NCBI GenBank assembly: GCA_046296715.1 | Contig: JBKBIN010000003.1 | Coordinates: 74,755-90,259 of the forward strand | Length of the DNA: 15,505 nucleotides | Reading direction: 5' to 3' | Source of the DNA: Candidatus Ratteibacteria bacterium | Lineage (GTDB): Bacteria; Ratteibacteria; UBA8468; B48-G9; JAFGKM01 | Shown: positions 7,399 to 14,952 of the stretch, piece after piece | Numbering within the stretch: the first letter of the stretch is position 1 | Layout: every line of letters starts with the position of its first letter | Notes under the pieces: model-generated | What the model was told of the DNA's origin: nothing | The model's input: only the letters and a program-made list of their open reading frames with translations | Databases searched by the model: none | Made by a program: the position numbers and the translations under genes

Positions 7399-7427
7399 AT
7401 TATAGCACATTGAAATAGGAAAGTTAA
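7399..7427 (-). promoter_or_regulatory. Putative extended -10 sigma70 promoter for the flavodoxin-ridA unit, likely leaderless
   Basis: Minus strand: TTAACT (7427-7422), 17 nt, perfect TATAAT (7404-7399) preceded by TGTGC (TGn extended -10); exactly 7 nt to ATG at 7391; no SD. Confidence 0.7.
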
Positions 7428-8524
7428 CTTTGATATTCTCTTAATCTAACTCCAGTTTCGACAAAAATTCTATAATTTTCAATATGTCTTGGTAACAATT
7501 TCGGCCAAGTATTAGGAGAAGATGTTGGAGACAAAATAAATCCTCCATCTGGTTTCCCTTCTTCTATAATCTTTACAACAATTTCTTTCATCTTTTCTGG
7601 TGTTAATGTATCAAAATAGCCATCTTCAACTCCTCCGTCAAGACACATTTTACTTTTACATATATCTTTCATTTTTTTTAATGTGATTTTTGAAACAGGT
7701 GGCGGTTCAACAGGATTTAAGCAATCCACACCCATTTCAATAAAATCTTTTAAAACAGGAGCCATATCTCCATGACAGTGCACCCATACAAGTTTTTTTT
7801 CATTATGAATTAGGTCTATTATCTTCTTATCATAATTAAAAACAAACTCTCTGAAATCTTTTAAAGAAGCAAGCGGAGGAATACATAGTTCTGGACCCAC
7901 ATATCCAAACCCATCTCCTATCTTTTTTGAAAGAATATATTTAACATACTTTTCTATCTTTTTAAATTCTCTTTCAATCATTGTATGTAAGACATCTCTA
8001 TGGTCATAAAGAAAATAACTGAAAATTTCAGATCCCATTAATCTATGAACAGCATACATAGCCTCATCAATACCTATCAAAATTAAACCCCTCTCCCCTA
8101 CCTTCTTTTCAAATTCAAAATAAGAATCAATTTTAGGCAGTTCATTAATATCTGGAAGAGAAAGAAATTTTTCTGCATCCTTTATATCTTCAATAAAATT
8201 TTTAATTACTCTTCCAGGAGAGCCATCAAGTTTCATTCTTGAAATCTGAATTAAATCCCCTTTTGGTGTCTTTATCTTTGTAATTATTTCCTTCATTTCT
8301 CCTATTATTTTTTCTTCTTTTTCTATCTCATAAGGAGATGGAGGAATTTCTTCAGATTTGGGATTCCAGATCTCAATTGTTTCAAGATCATACTTCACAA
8401 CAAGTTCACACAATGGTTTAAATATTTCATTTTGAAATATAGGACTTACTCCCCAGATTCTTATAGGCATCCTGTCTATCTCTTCACATTTAAAAACTTT
8501 CTTAAGCCGTTCTCTATGGGTCAT
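7424..8524 (-). CDS. Uroporphyrinogen decarboxylase / MtaA-CmuA (URO-D-like) family protein, function uncertain
   Basis: MT.RER...DR.P N-terminus, TPKG, S..DFREFV..Y, VHCHG, MGVDCLNPVE, CLDGG, GGFILSP. Start overlaps the transaldolase stop (ATGA). Confidence 0.8.
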   Translation of the reverse strand: MTHRERLKKVFKCEEIDRMPIRIWGVSPIFQNEIFKPLCELVVKYDLETIEIWNPKSEEIPPSPYEIEKEEKIIGEMKEIITKIKTPKGDLIQISRMKLDGSPGRVIKNFIEDIKDAEKFLSLPDINELPKIDSYFEFEKKVGERGLILIGIDEAMYAVHRLMGSEIFSYFLYDHRDVLHTMIEREFKKIEKYVKYILSKKIGDGFGYVGPELCIPPLASLKDFREFVFNYDKKIIDLIHNEKKLVWVHCHGDMAPVLKDFIEMGVDCLNPVEPPPVSKITLKKMKDICKSKMCLDGGVEDGYFDTLTPEKMKEIVVKIIEEGKPDGGFILSPTSSPNTWPKLLPRHIENYRIFVETGVRLREYQS

Positions 8525-9342
8525 TTAAATATATTCTTATATTCAGGAACTACATCTGATACAAATTTTCTCATGCCTTCTGCTGTCTTATAATGAACAA
8601 TCATCTCCTTTATTACGTAAAATGGGATTGTTGCTATATGACAACCAGTTTGTGCAATCTCTCTTACCTGCTTTGAATTTCTTATTGAAGCAGCAATGAC
8701 TTCAGTCTTAAAATTGTATTTATTGAAAACATCAACAATCTTTTTTACAAGATCAACTCCACTTATAATTCCTTGGTCATTTACAACTTCTTGATTTAAC
8801 TTTATTCCATTTTCAGGAAAGTAAGCATCTTTTTTAAAGTCATTCCATCCAATTTTATTCCTCAAATAGTCATCAATTCTACCTGCAAATGGACTTACAT
8901 ATTTTGCTCCTGCTTTACTTGCTAAAATTGCTTGCTCAACTTTCATAATCAGTGTCACATTTACAGGTATCCCTTCTTTTGATAATTCATAAATTGTTTT
9001 AAGTCCATCAAAATTATCTTTTTCTTCTAATGAAGGATTAATTGGAATTTTTACCACAACATTATTTGCAACTTTATTAAATTTCTCATATAAAATTTTT
9101 GCTTCTCTATACATACTTTCATAATCAATTCCAATAACTTCTAAACTTACAGGACAATTTCTTCCAGCAATTTCAAGGATTTTCTTTATATATGTTTCAA
9201 TATCTATTTTTTCTCCCTTATTTTTTAATTCATCTACTGCACTTTTAATAAGAGATGGATTTGTAGTAACCCCATCAACTATTCCCCAGGAAAATGCAGT
9301 TTCTATCTCATCTATCTTTGCTGTATCTATAAAAATTTTCAT
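8521..9342 (-). CDS. tal: Transaldolase (TalC/MipB-FSA family), 273 aa with insertions
   Basis: True start MKIFIDTA at 9342 (AGAGGG upstream). GVTTNPSL, VSLEV, NVVVKIP (Schiff-base Lys), VNVTL, YVSPFAGRIDD, AASIR. Glu in SLEV and Phe in SPF indicate transaldolase rather than fructose-6-phosphate aldolase. Confidence 0.9.
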   Translation of the reverse strand: MKIFIDTAKIDEIETAFSWGIVDGVTTNPSLIKSAVDELKNKGEKIDIETYIKKILEIAGRNCPVSLEVIGIDYESMYREAKILYEKFNKVANNVVVKIPINPSLEEKDNFDGLKTIYELSKEGIPVNVTLIMKVEQAILASKAGAKYVSPFAGRIDDYLRNKIGWNDFKKDAYFPENGIKLNQEVVNDQGIISGVDLVKKIVDVFNKYNFKTEVIAASIRNSKQVREIAQTGCHIATIPFYVIKEMIVHYKTAEGMRKFVSDVVPEYKNIFK

Positions 9343-9366
9343 ATTAATCCCTCTATTTAATAAAAA

Positions 9367-9395
9367 ATTATATTTCACTTTTTTTTCTAAATCAA
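9367..9395 (-). promoter_or_regulatory. Putative sigma70 promoter for tal
   Basis: Minus strand: TTGATT (9395-9390), 17 nt, TATAAT (9372-9367). Confidence 0.7.
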
Positions 9396-9402
9396 TTAAA
9401 AT
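9374..9402 (+). promoter_or_regulatory. Putative sigma70 promoter for glycerate kinase, likely leaderless, overlapping the tal promoter
   Basis: TTCACT (9374-9379), 17 nt, TAAAAT (9397-9402), 7 nt, ATG at 9410; no SD. The gene heads a divergent unit, so it needs its own promoter nearby. Confidence 0.55.
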
Positions 9403-9409
9403 CAATTTT

Positions 9410-10543
9410 ATGAAGATAGTTATATGTCCGAATTCTTTTAAAGGTTGTTTAAACTCTGTTAAAGTTGCAAAAATTATTCAAGGTGAAATTAAAAAGTTAA
9501 TCCCTTCGGCAAAAATAATAAATTTCCCAATTGCTGACGGTGGGGATGGAACACTTGAAGTTTTAAAAAGTATAATTGGTGGGAAATTTATTGAAATTAG
9601 AGCAAGCGATCCTCTTTTAAGAAAAATAAATACCAGATATATTAAAAAACAAAAAAATGCTTATATTGAAATGGCTAAAGTTTCAGGTCTTGCTCTTTTG
9701 AAAGAAAATGAGAAAAATCCTTTAAAAACAACAACATATGGACTTGGACAACTAATTTTAGATGCAATAGAAAAAAAATGTAGAAATATCTATATAGGCG
9801 TTGGAGGAAGTGCCACAAATGATGGAGGAATTGGTGCTTTAACTGCTCTTGGATTTAAATTTATAGATAAAAAGGGGAAAGTAATTTTCCCTGGTATGGG
9901 AGTTAATTTATTAAACATTAAGGAAGTTCAGTATCCTTATAATTACGAGAGATTAAAAAAAATTAAATTTATAATTCTTTCAGATGTAAAAAATCCTTTA
10001 TATGGAAAAAATGGTGCTGCATATGTTTATGGACCACAAAAAGGTGCAGATAGAAAAATAGTTAAAATTCTTGATGAAGGTTTAAGAAATTATGCAAAAA
10101 TTATCAAAAAATATACTGACCTAAAAGTTAATCAAATAAAAGGTTCTGGTGCTGCAGGTGGAGTTGTTGCTGGATTTGTATCTTTCCTAAATGCAAAGGT
10201 TGTTTCAGGAATAGAAGAAATTTTAAAGATAGGGAATTTTGAAGAAAAAATAAAAAATGCAAATCTTATTATAACAGGGGAAGGGAAAATTGATAGACAA
10301 ACATTTTATGGAAAGGGTGTTGGAGTGATTTTAAAATATTCAGAAAGATATAAAATTCCAACAATTGTTCTTGCTGGAATTATTGACAAAGATGTATATA
10401 AATTTCTAAAAAGTCCTTATATTTCAATTTCAAGTATTGTTCTCGGTCCTTGTTCTCTTGAAAATTCACTTAAAAATGCAGAAGAATATATAAAGATTAA
10501 AACGAATCACCTTTTAAAAATCCTAACTTACAAAAATCTTTGA
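9410..10543 (+). CDS. glxK: Glycerate kinase (GlxK/GarK family)
   Basis: MKIVICPNSFKG, PIADGGDGT, IEMA..SGL, GVGGSATNDGG, YGPQKGA, GAAGG, ITGEG.ID.QT..GK. Confidence 0.93.
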   Translation: MKIVICPNSFKGCLNSVKVAKIIQGEIKKLIPSAKIINFPIADGGDGTLEVLKSIIGGKFIEIRASDPLLRKINTRYIKKQKNAYIEMAKVSGLALLKENEKNPLKTTTYGLGQLILDAIEKKCRNIYIGVGGSATNDGGIGALTALGFKFIDKKGKVIFPGMGVNLLNIKEVQYPYNYERLKKIKFIILSDVKNPLYGKNGAAYVYGPQKGADRKIVKILDEGLRNYAKIIKKYTDLKVNQIKGSGAAGGVVAGFVSFLNAKVVSGIEEILKIGNFEEKIKNANLIITGEGKIDRQTFYGKGVGVILKYSERYKIPTIVLAGIIDKDVYKFLKSPYISISSIVLGPCSLENSLKNAEEYIKIKTNHLLKILTYKNL

Positions 10544-10568
10544 CAGACAAATTATAAAGGAGTAAATT
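10540..10568 (+). promoter_or_regulatory. Putative sigma70 promoter for nrdJ; its -35 contains the glxK stop codon
   Basis: Perfect TTGACA (10540-10545), 17 nt, TAAATT (10563-10568); ATG at 10577 is 8 nt downstream. An AAGGAG (10557-10562) lies inside the spacer. Confidence 0.6.
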
Positions 10569-10576
10569 AATAATTG

Positions 10577-12637
10577 ATGGTTGAATATATAAAAAAGAGA
10601 GATGGCTCTATTGTTAAGTTCCAACCAGAAAAGATAGAATTTGCTATATACAGAGCACTTAAATCAGTTAATATTGATGACTTTAATCTTGCGACAAAAC
10701 TTACCAATCAGGTTATAGAAAAAATAGATAAGGAAAAAATCCCAACAGTTGAAAATATACAAGATATTGTTGAAAAAGTTCTTGTTGAAAATGGTCTTTA
10801 TGATGTTGCAAAGGCATATATTTTATATAGAGAAAGAAGAAAACAGGTAAGAGAAAGCAAAAAAATTCTTGGAGTTGAAGATAAACTTAAACTTACTGTA
10901 AATGCAATCAATGTTTTAAGAAAAAGATATCTTTTAAGAAATGAAAAAGGTGAAATAATAGAAACACCGGAAGAATTATTTACAAGAGTTGCAAAATATG
11001 TTGCATCTTGTGAAAAAGAAAAAAATAAATACGAGGAAGAGTTTTTTAATATTATGTCAAATCTTGAATTTTTACCAAATTCTCCTACTTTAATGAATGC
11101 AGGAACTTCTCTTGGACAACTTTCTGCATGTTTTGTTTTGCCTGTTGATGACTCAATAGATGGAATTTTTACAACTCTTAAAAATATGGCTTTAATTCAT
11201 AAAAGTGGTGGTGGAACTGGCTTTTCTTTTTCAAAATTAAGACCAAAAGGAGATATTGTCGGTTCTACAAAAGGTGTTGCATCTGGACCTATATCTTTTA
11301 TGGAAATTTATGATAAAGCAACAGAAATTGTTAAACAAGGGGGTAAAAGAAGAGGTGCAAATATGGGTATTTTGAATTATGACCATCCTGATATTTATGA
11401 ATTTATAACTGCAAAAAGGAGAAATGTTCTTACAAATTTCAATATTTCAGTAAGTGTGAGTGATGAATTTATGGAAAAAGTTTTAAAAAAAGAAAAATAT
11501 CCCTTGATTAATCCAAGAAATGGACAAAAAGTTAGAGAAGTTTATGCAAATGAAGTTTTTGATTTAATATGTCAATCTGCCTGGGAAACAGGAGACCCAG
11601 GAATCATATATATTGATGAAATAAACAGACATAATCCAACTCCAGAAATAGGAAAAATTGAAAGCACAAATCCATGTGGAGAACAACCTTTGCTTCCATA
11701 TGAGTCGTGTAATCTTGGTTCAATAAATCTAACAAAAATAATAGAAAACGGTAGAATAAATTGGGAAAAACTTGAAAAAATTATTTCTACTTCTATCCGT
11801 TTTCTTGATGATGTGATTGAAGTAAATCATTTTCCTTTAAATGAAATTGAAAAAATTACAAAAGACAATAGAAAAATTGGTCTTGGAATTATGGGTTGGG
11901 CTGATTTCTTACTTGAATTAAAAATTTCTTATGGAAGTGATGAAAGTTTTGATCTTGCAGAAAAATTAATGAAATTTATAAATCAAAAAGCGTTTGAATA
12001 TTCTGTTTTACTTGGAAGAGAAAAAGGTTCTTTCCCAAATTTTGTAAAATCAATCTATTATCAAAAAGTTGATGCTTTAAGGAATGCAACAAGAACAACA
12101 ATTGCTCCGACAGGAAGTATAAGTATCATTGCAAACTGTTCAAGTGGAATTGAACCAATCTTTGGAGTTGCTTTTATAAGAAATATACTTGAAGGTAGTA
12201 AATTCCTTGAGATTAATCCTGTATTTGAAAAATTTGCCAAAAAAGAAAATTTTTTAACATCTGATATATTGAAAGAAATTATAAAAACTGGCTCTTTAAA
12301 AAATGTAAAAGGAATACCAGAGGAATACAAAAGAATATTTTTAACTGCTCTTGATATTCCTCCAATTATTCATTTAAAAATGCAATCAATCTTTCAAAAA
12401 TACACAGATAATGCAGTTTCGAAAACAGTAAATCTTCCCTTTGATGCAACTATTGAACAAGTTAAGGAAATTTTTATAAATGGCTGGAATATGAAATGTA
12501 AAGGTGTAACTGTTTTCAGGTATGGAAGTAAAGGACAACAGGTATTGTCATATGGTGAAACATTAGAACAAGAAATTGAATATCTAACATTATCAGATGA
12601 AATTTCAAGTTGCTCAAAAGGTATCTGTATTTACTAA
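10577..12637 (+). CDS. nrdJ: Class II (adenosylcobalamin-dependent) ribonucleoside-diphosphate reductase with N-terminal ATP cone (alternative TTG start at 10574)
   Basis: ATP cone IKKRDG...VENIQD.VE...AKAYILYR; PNSPTLMNAG, QLSACFV, GGGTG, QGG.RRGANM, TNPCGEQ, ESCNLG, TIAPTGS, SKTVN, KGVTVFR; C-terminal CSKGIC. No NrdB gene nearby and no class I Tyr-Tyr pair. Confidence 0.92.
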   Translation: MVEYIKKRDGSIVKFQPEKIEFAIYRALKSVNIDDFNLATKLTNQVIEKIDKEKIPTVENIQDIVEKVLVENGLYDVAKAYILYRERRKQVRESKKILGVEDKLKLTVNAINVLRKRYLLRNEKGEIIETPEELFTRVAKYVASCEKEKNKYEEEFFNIMSNLEFLPNSPTLMNAGTSLGQLSACFVLPVDDSIDGIFTTLKNMALIHKSGGGTGFSFSKLRPKGDIVGSTKGVASGPISFMEIYDKATEIVKQGGKRRGANMGILNYDHPDIYEFITAKRRNVLTNFNISVSVSDEFMEKVLKKEKYPLINPRNGQKVREVYANEVFDLICQSAWETGDPGIIYIDEINRHNPTPEIGKIESTNPCGEQPLLPYESCNLGSINLTKIIENGRINWEKLEKIISTSIRFLDDVIEVNHFPLNEIEKITKDNRKIGLGIMGWADFLLELKISYGSDESFDLAEKLMKFINQKAFEYSVLLGREKGSFPNFVKSIYYQKVDALRNATRTTIAPTGSISIIANCSSGIEPIFGVAFIRNILEGSKFLEINPVFEKFAKKENFLTSDILKEIIKTGSLKNVKGIPEEYKRIFLTALDIPPIIHLKMQSIFQKYTDNAVSKTVNLPFDATIEQVKEIFINGWNMKCKGVTVFRYGSKGQQVLSYGETLEQEIEYLTLSDEISSCSKGICIY

Positions 12638-12646
12638 GGAGTCAAA

Positions 12647-13660
12647 ATGGAAAAAGCAAAATACTGGAAAGAACTTGAAAATAAAAAAGTCCAGTGTCAA
12701 CTTTGTAATCATTTCTGTATAATAGAACAGGACAAGGTGGGAAAATGTGGAGTAAGATTAAATAAAGACGGTGTCTTATATTCTCTTGTCTATGGTGAAA
12801 TTGTTGCTGAAAATATAGACCCTATTGAAAAAAAACCTTTTTATCATTTTTTCCCTGGAAGTTTTTCTTTTTCTATTGCAACTTGTGGATGTAATTTTTT
12901 CTGCCCCTTCTGTCAGAACTATGAAATTTCTCATCCTCCAAAAGAAGGAAAAATTTATACTATGAGAAAAAGGAAACCAGAAGAAATTGTAAAACTTGCA
13001 AAAAATTATAATTGTCTCTCAATCTCTTATACATATACAGAACCAACTGTTTTCGGGGAATTTGCTCTTGATACTTGTAAAATTGCCAAAAGCCAAGGAC
13101 TTTATAATAATTTTGTCACAAATGGATATATGAGTAAAGATTTTTTAAAGGATATATCAGAATATCTTGATGCAGCAAATGTAGATCTTAAAGGCGATGA
13201 AGAATTTTATAAAAAATTACCTCAGGCAAATCAAAAATATGTTATTGAAAATATTGAACTTATGAAGAAATTAAATATTTGGGTTGAAATTACAACTCTT
13301 TTAATACCCCAATACAACGATAAAGAGGACCAAATAAGAGATATTGCAAGAAAGATAAAAAACATTGATAAAACAATTCCATGGCACATAAGTAGATTTT
13401 TTCCTGCTTATAAAATGTCAGACCATTATCCAACAGAAATAAAAAAAATAAAAATTGCAAGAGAAATTGGTTATGAAGAAGGTCTTTTATATGTATATAC
13501 GGGAAATATTATTGGTGATGAAGGCGAAAATACATACTGCCCCTATTGCAAAAAATTATTAATTGAAAGATATGGTTACAGAATAATAAAGAATGAAATA
13601 AAAGATAAAAAATGTGTGTTTTGTGGTAGAGAAATTGACGGGATTTTTAAGGTAATATAA
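12647..13660 (+). CDS. amrS: AmmeMemoRadiSam system radical SAM enzyme (PflA-like)
   Basis: N-terminal CQLCNHFC...G.CGVR, DPIEKKP.YHF.PG, radical SAM GCNFFCPFCQN, YTYTEP, NVDLK, PWHISRFFP, YVY.GN, C-terminal CPYC...CVFC. SD AAGGAG overlaps the nrdJ stop. Confidence 0.92.
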   Translation: MEKAKYWKELENKKVQCQLCNHFCIIEQDKVGKCGVRLNKDGVLYSLVYGEIVAENIDPIEKKPFYHFFPGSFSFSIATCGCNFFCPFCQNYEISHPPKEGKIYTMRKRKPEEIVKLAKNYNCLSISYTYTEPTVFGEFALDTCKIAKSQGLYNNFVTNGYMSKDFLKDISEYLDAANVDLKGDEEFYKKLPQANQKYVIENIELMKKLNIWVEITTLLIPQYNDKEDQIRDIARKIKNIDKTIPWHISRFFPAYKMSDHYPTEIKKIKIAREIGYEEGLLYVYTGNIIGDEGENTYCPYCKKLLIERYGYRIIKNEIKDKKCVFCGREIDGIFKVI

Positions 13661-13663
13661 AAT
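13635..13663 (+). promoter_or_regulatory. Putative sigma70 promoter for the 13685 gene; its -10 contains the amrS stop codon
   Basis: TTGACG (13635-13640), 17 nt, TAAAAT (13658-13663), then SD GGGAGGTGA (13673-13681) and ATG at 13685. Confidence 0.7.
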
Positions 13664-13684
13664 AAAAACAAAGGGAGGTGAAAA

Positions 13685-14458
13685 ATGAAAAAAATAAAGT
13701 TAAATTTGGGGTTTTTATTTTTATTTTTCATAACAAAAGTTCTCTTCTCAGTGATAGAATTTGGATATAAATTTACACCTGAAAAAGATATACTTTTTAT
13801 AACAAAGGATAATAATTTTCTTGTTCAACCACAAAGTATTATGGCTCATGGAAATATGTTGTATTTTGCTGCTCAAGATTTTACAAAAAATAGAGAACTT
13901 TTGGTAAAAAGAGTAAAAGAAATAAAAGTTGTTAAAGATGAACCGAAAAGAAAAATTATAAAAGCAACTTATTCTTTGGGTTCTGACAAAGAATATCCTG
14001 AATATTCTTTAATACTTTTCTTAGAAATTAGAGAAGAATTTCCATTTCTGGCTATATATTCTAAATTTGTTTATAATGGAGAAGGAACTTCTGAATGTGG
14101 AATTAACTGGGCTATGGAAAACGCTTACGAACCATATAAATATTATACAATCCCGGAAAAAGGAAAGATTTCAACATATAAACTTGAAAAAACTAAAAAA
14201 ACAAAGATTGGACAAGCAAATTGGATTTTTGGAAATACAGGTAAAGGAGAAGGTGGAGGTTTAATTGCTCCTTCTGTAATTCTTGGAAAAGGAGAAGATT
14301 TTATTTTTATAAATAGTGTTCCTCCCAAGAAGAAATTATCTAAAGGTGAATCAATAGATGTTTTTATGATTTTTATGCCTATAAATAAAAATTTTAAAGT
14401 CCTTGAAGAATTATTCCAAAAAATAAAAGATATTAAATGGGAATATGAAAAATTTTAA
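13685..14458 (+). CDS. Hypothetical exported protein (signal peptide, beta-strand-rich)
   Basis: 257-aa ORF with strong SD, basic then hydrophobic N-terminus, codon style like its neighbours. No family recognised. Confidence 0.8.
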   Translation: MKKIKLNLGFLFLFFITKVLFSVIEFGYKFTPEKDILFITKDNNFLVQPQSIMAHGNMLYFAAQDFTKNRELLVKRVKEIKVVKDEPKRKIIKATYSLGSDKEYPEYSLILFLEIREEFPFLAIYSKFVYNGEGTSECGINWAMENAYEPYKYYTIPEKGKISTYKLEKTKKTKIGQANWIFGNTGKGEGGGLIAPSVILGKGEDFIFINSVPPKKKLSKGESIDVFMIFMPINKNFKVLEELFQKIKDIKWEYEKF

Positions 14459-14472
14459 ACAGGAGGTGAAAA

Positions 14473-14952
14473 ATGGCTTTATCTGATGATGAAAAAAATA
14501 GAATAATTGAAGAAGAAAAGCTTAGATTGAAAATAAGATTAAAGTATGAACAAAAATCTTCAGGTCTTTCTGGAGTTTTGTCAACCATATGCCCTGGATT
14601 AGGACAGATTTATAATGGACAATTTGGGAAAGCAACTTTTATAGGATTATCAATAATTATAAGTATTGTTCTACTCTCCTTAGGAATTACTTTCTGGGTA
14701 AAAGGAATACCTCAAAGAGGAGAAAAAGTTAGTATTACAGAAGAAAAACAGATTGAAATGACAGAGGAAGGAGTAGTGATAGAAGAAGAAAAGGAAGGAG
14801 AAAAACAAGAGAAAAAAGAATCAAAACCTAAATCACCATATATTCTCACAATTTTAGGATTAATTGGATTTTGTTATACATGGAATTATGCGGTTAAAGA
14901 TGCAATAAAAACAGCAAAAAAATTAAATGAAAAGGCGATAGAAGAGTTATAA
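14473..14952 (+). CDS. Hypothetical membrane protein with a TM2-like PGLGQIYNGQ motif and a charged loop
   Basis: SD AGGAGGTGA. LS.ICPGLGQIYNGQFGK motif, two further hydrophobic helices separated by an E/K-rich stretch, ending YAVKDA.K.AKK.N. Confidence 0.8.
   Translation: MALSDDEKNRIIEEEKLRLKIRLKYEQKSSGLSGVLSTICPGLGQIYNGQFGKATFIGLSIIISIVLLSLGITFWVKGIPQRGEKVSITEEKQIEMTEEGVVIEEEKEGEKQEKKESKPKSPYILTILGLIGFCYTWNYAVKDAIKTAKKLNEKAIEEL

Noticed and set aside
8391..8412. TTCACA repeats resembling Rex operator half-sites
   Set aside because: Direct rather than inverted repeats, and inside coding sequence; no full TTGTGAA-N4-TTCACAA seen in any intergenic gap.
9343..9405. 21-aa N-terminal extension of transaldolase in the ORF track
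   Set aside because: The family begins at MKIFIDTA; the extension spans the predicted promoter and SD.
10544..10576. Possible NrdR boxes or cobalamin riboswitch before nrdJ
   Set aside because: The gap is about 30 nt, has no NrdR-box palindrome and is far too short for a riboswitch.
12061..12330. 89-aa minus-strand ORF
   Set aside because: Antisense to the conserved nrdJ core.
10577..12637. Intein or intron in nrdJ
   Set aside because: Catalytic motifs are contiguous at normal spacing and the length leaves no room.
14067..14328. Two short nested ORFs (14067-14264 +, 14143-14328 -)
   Set aside because: Nested in the 257-aa gene that has a promoter and SD; no supporting features.
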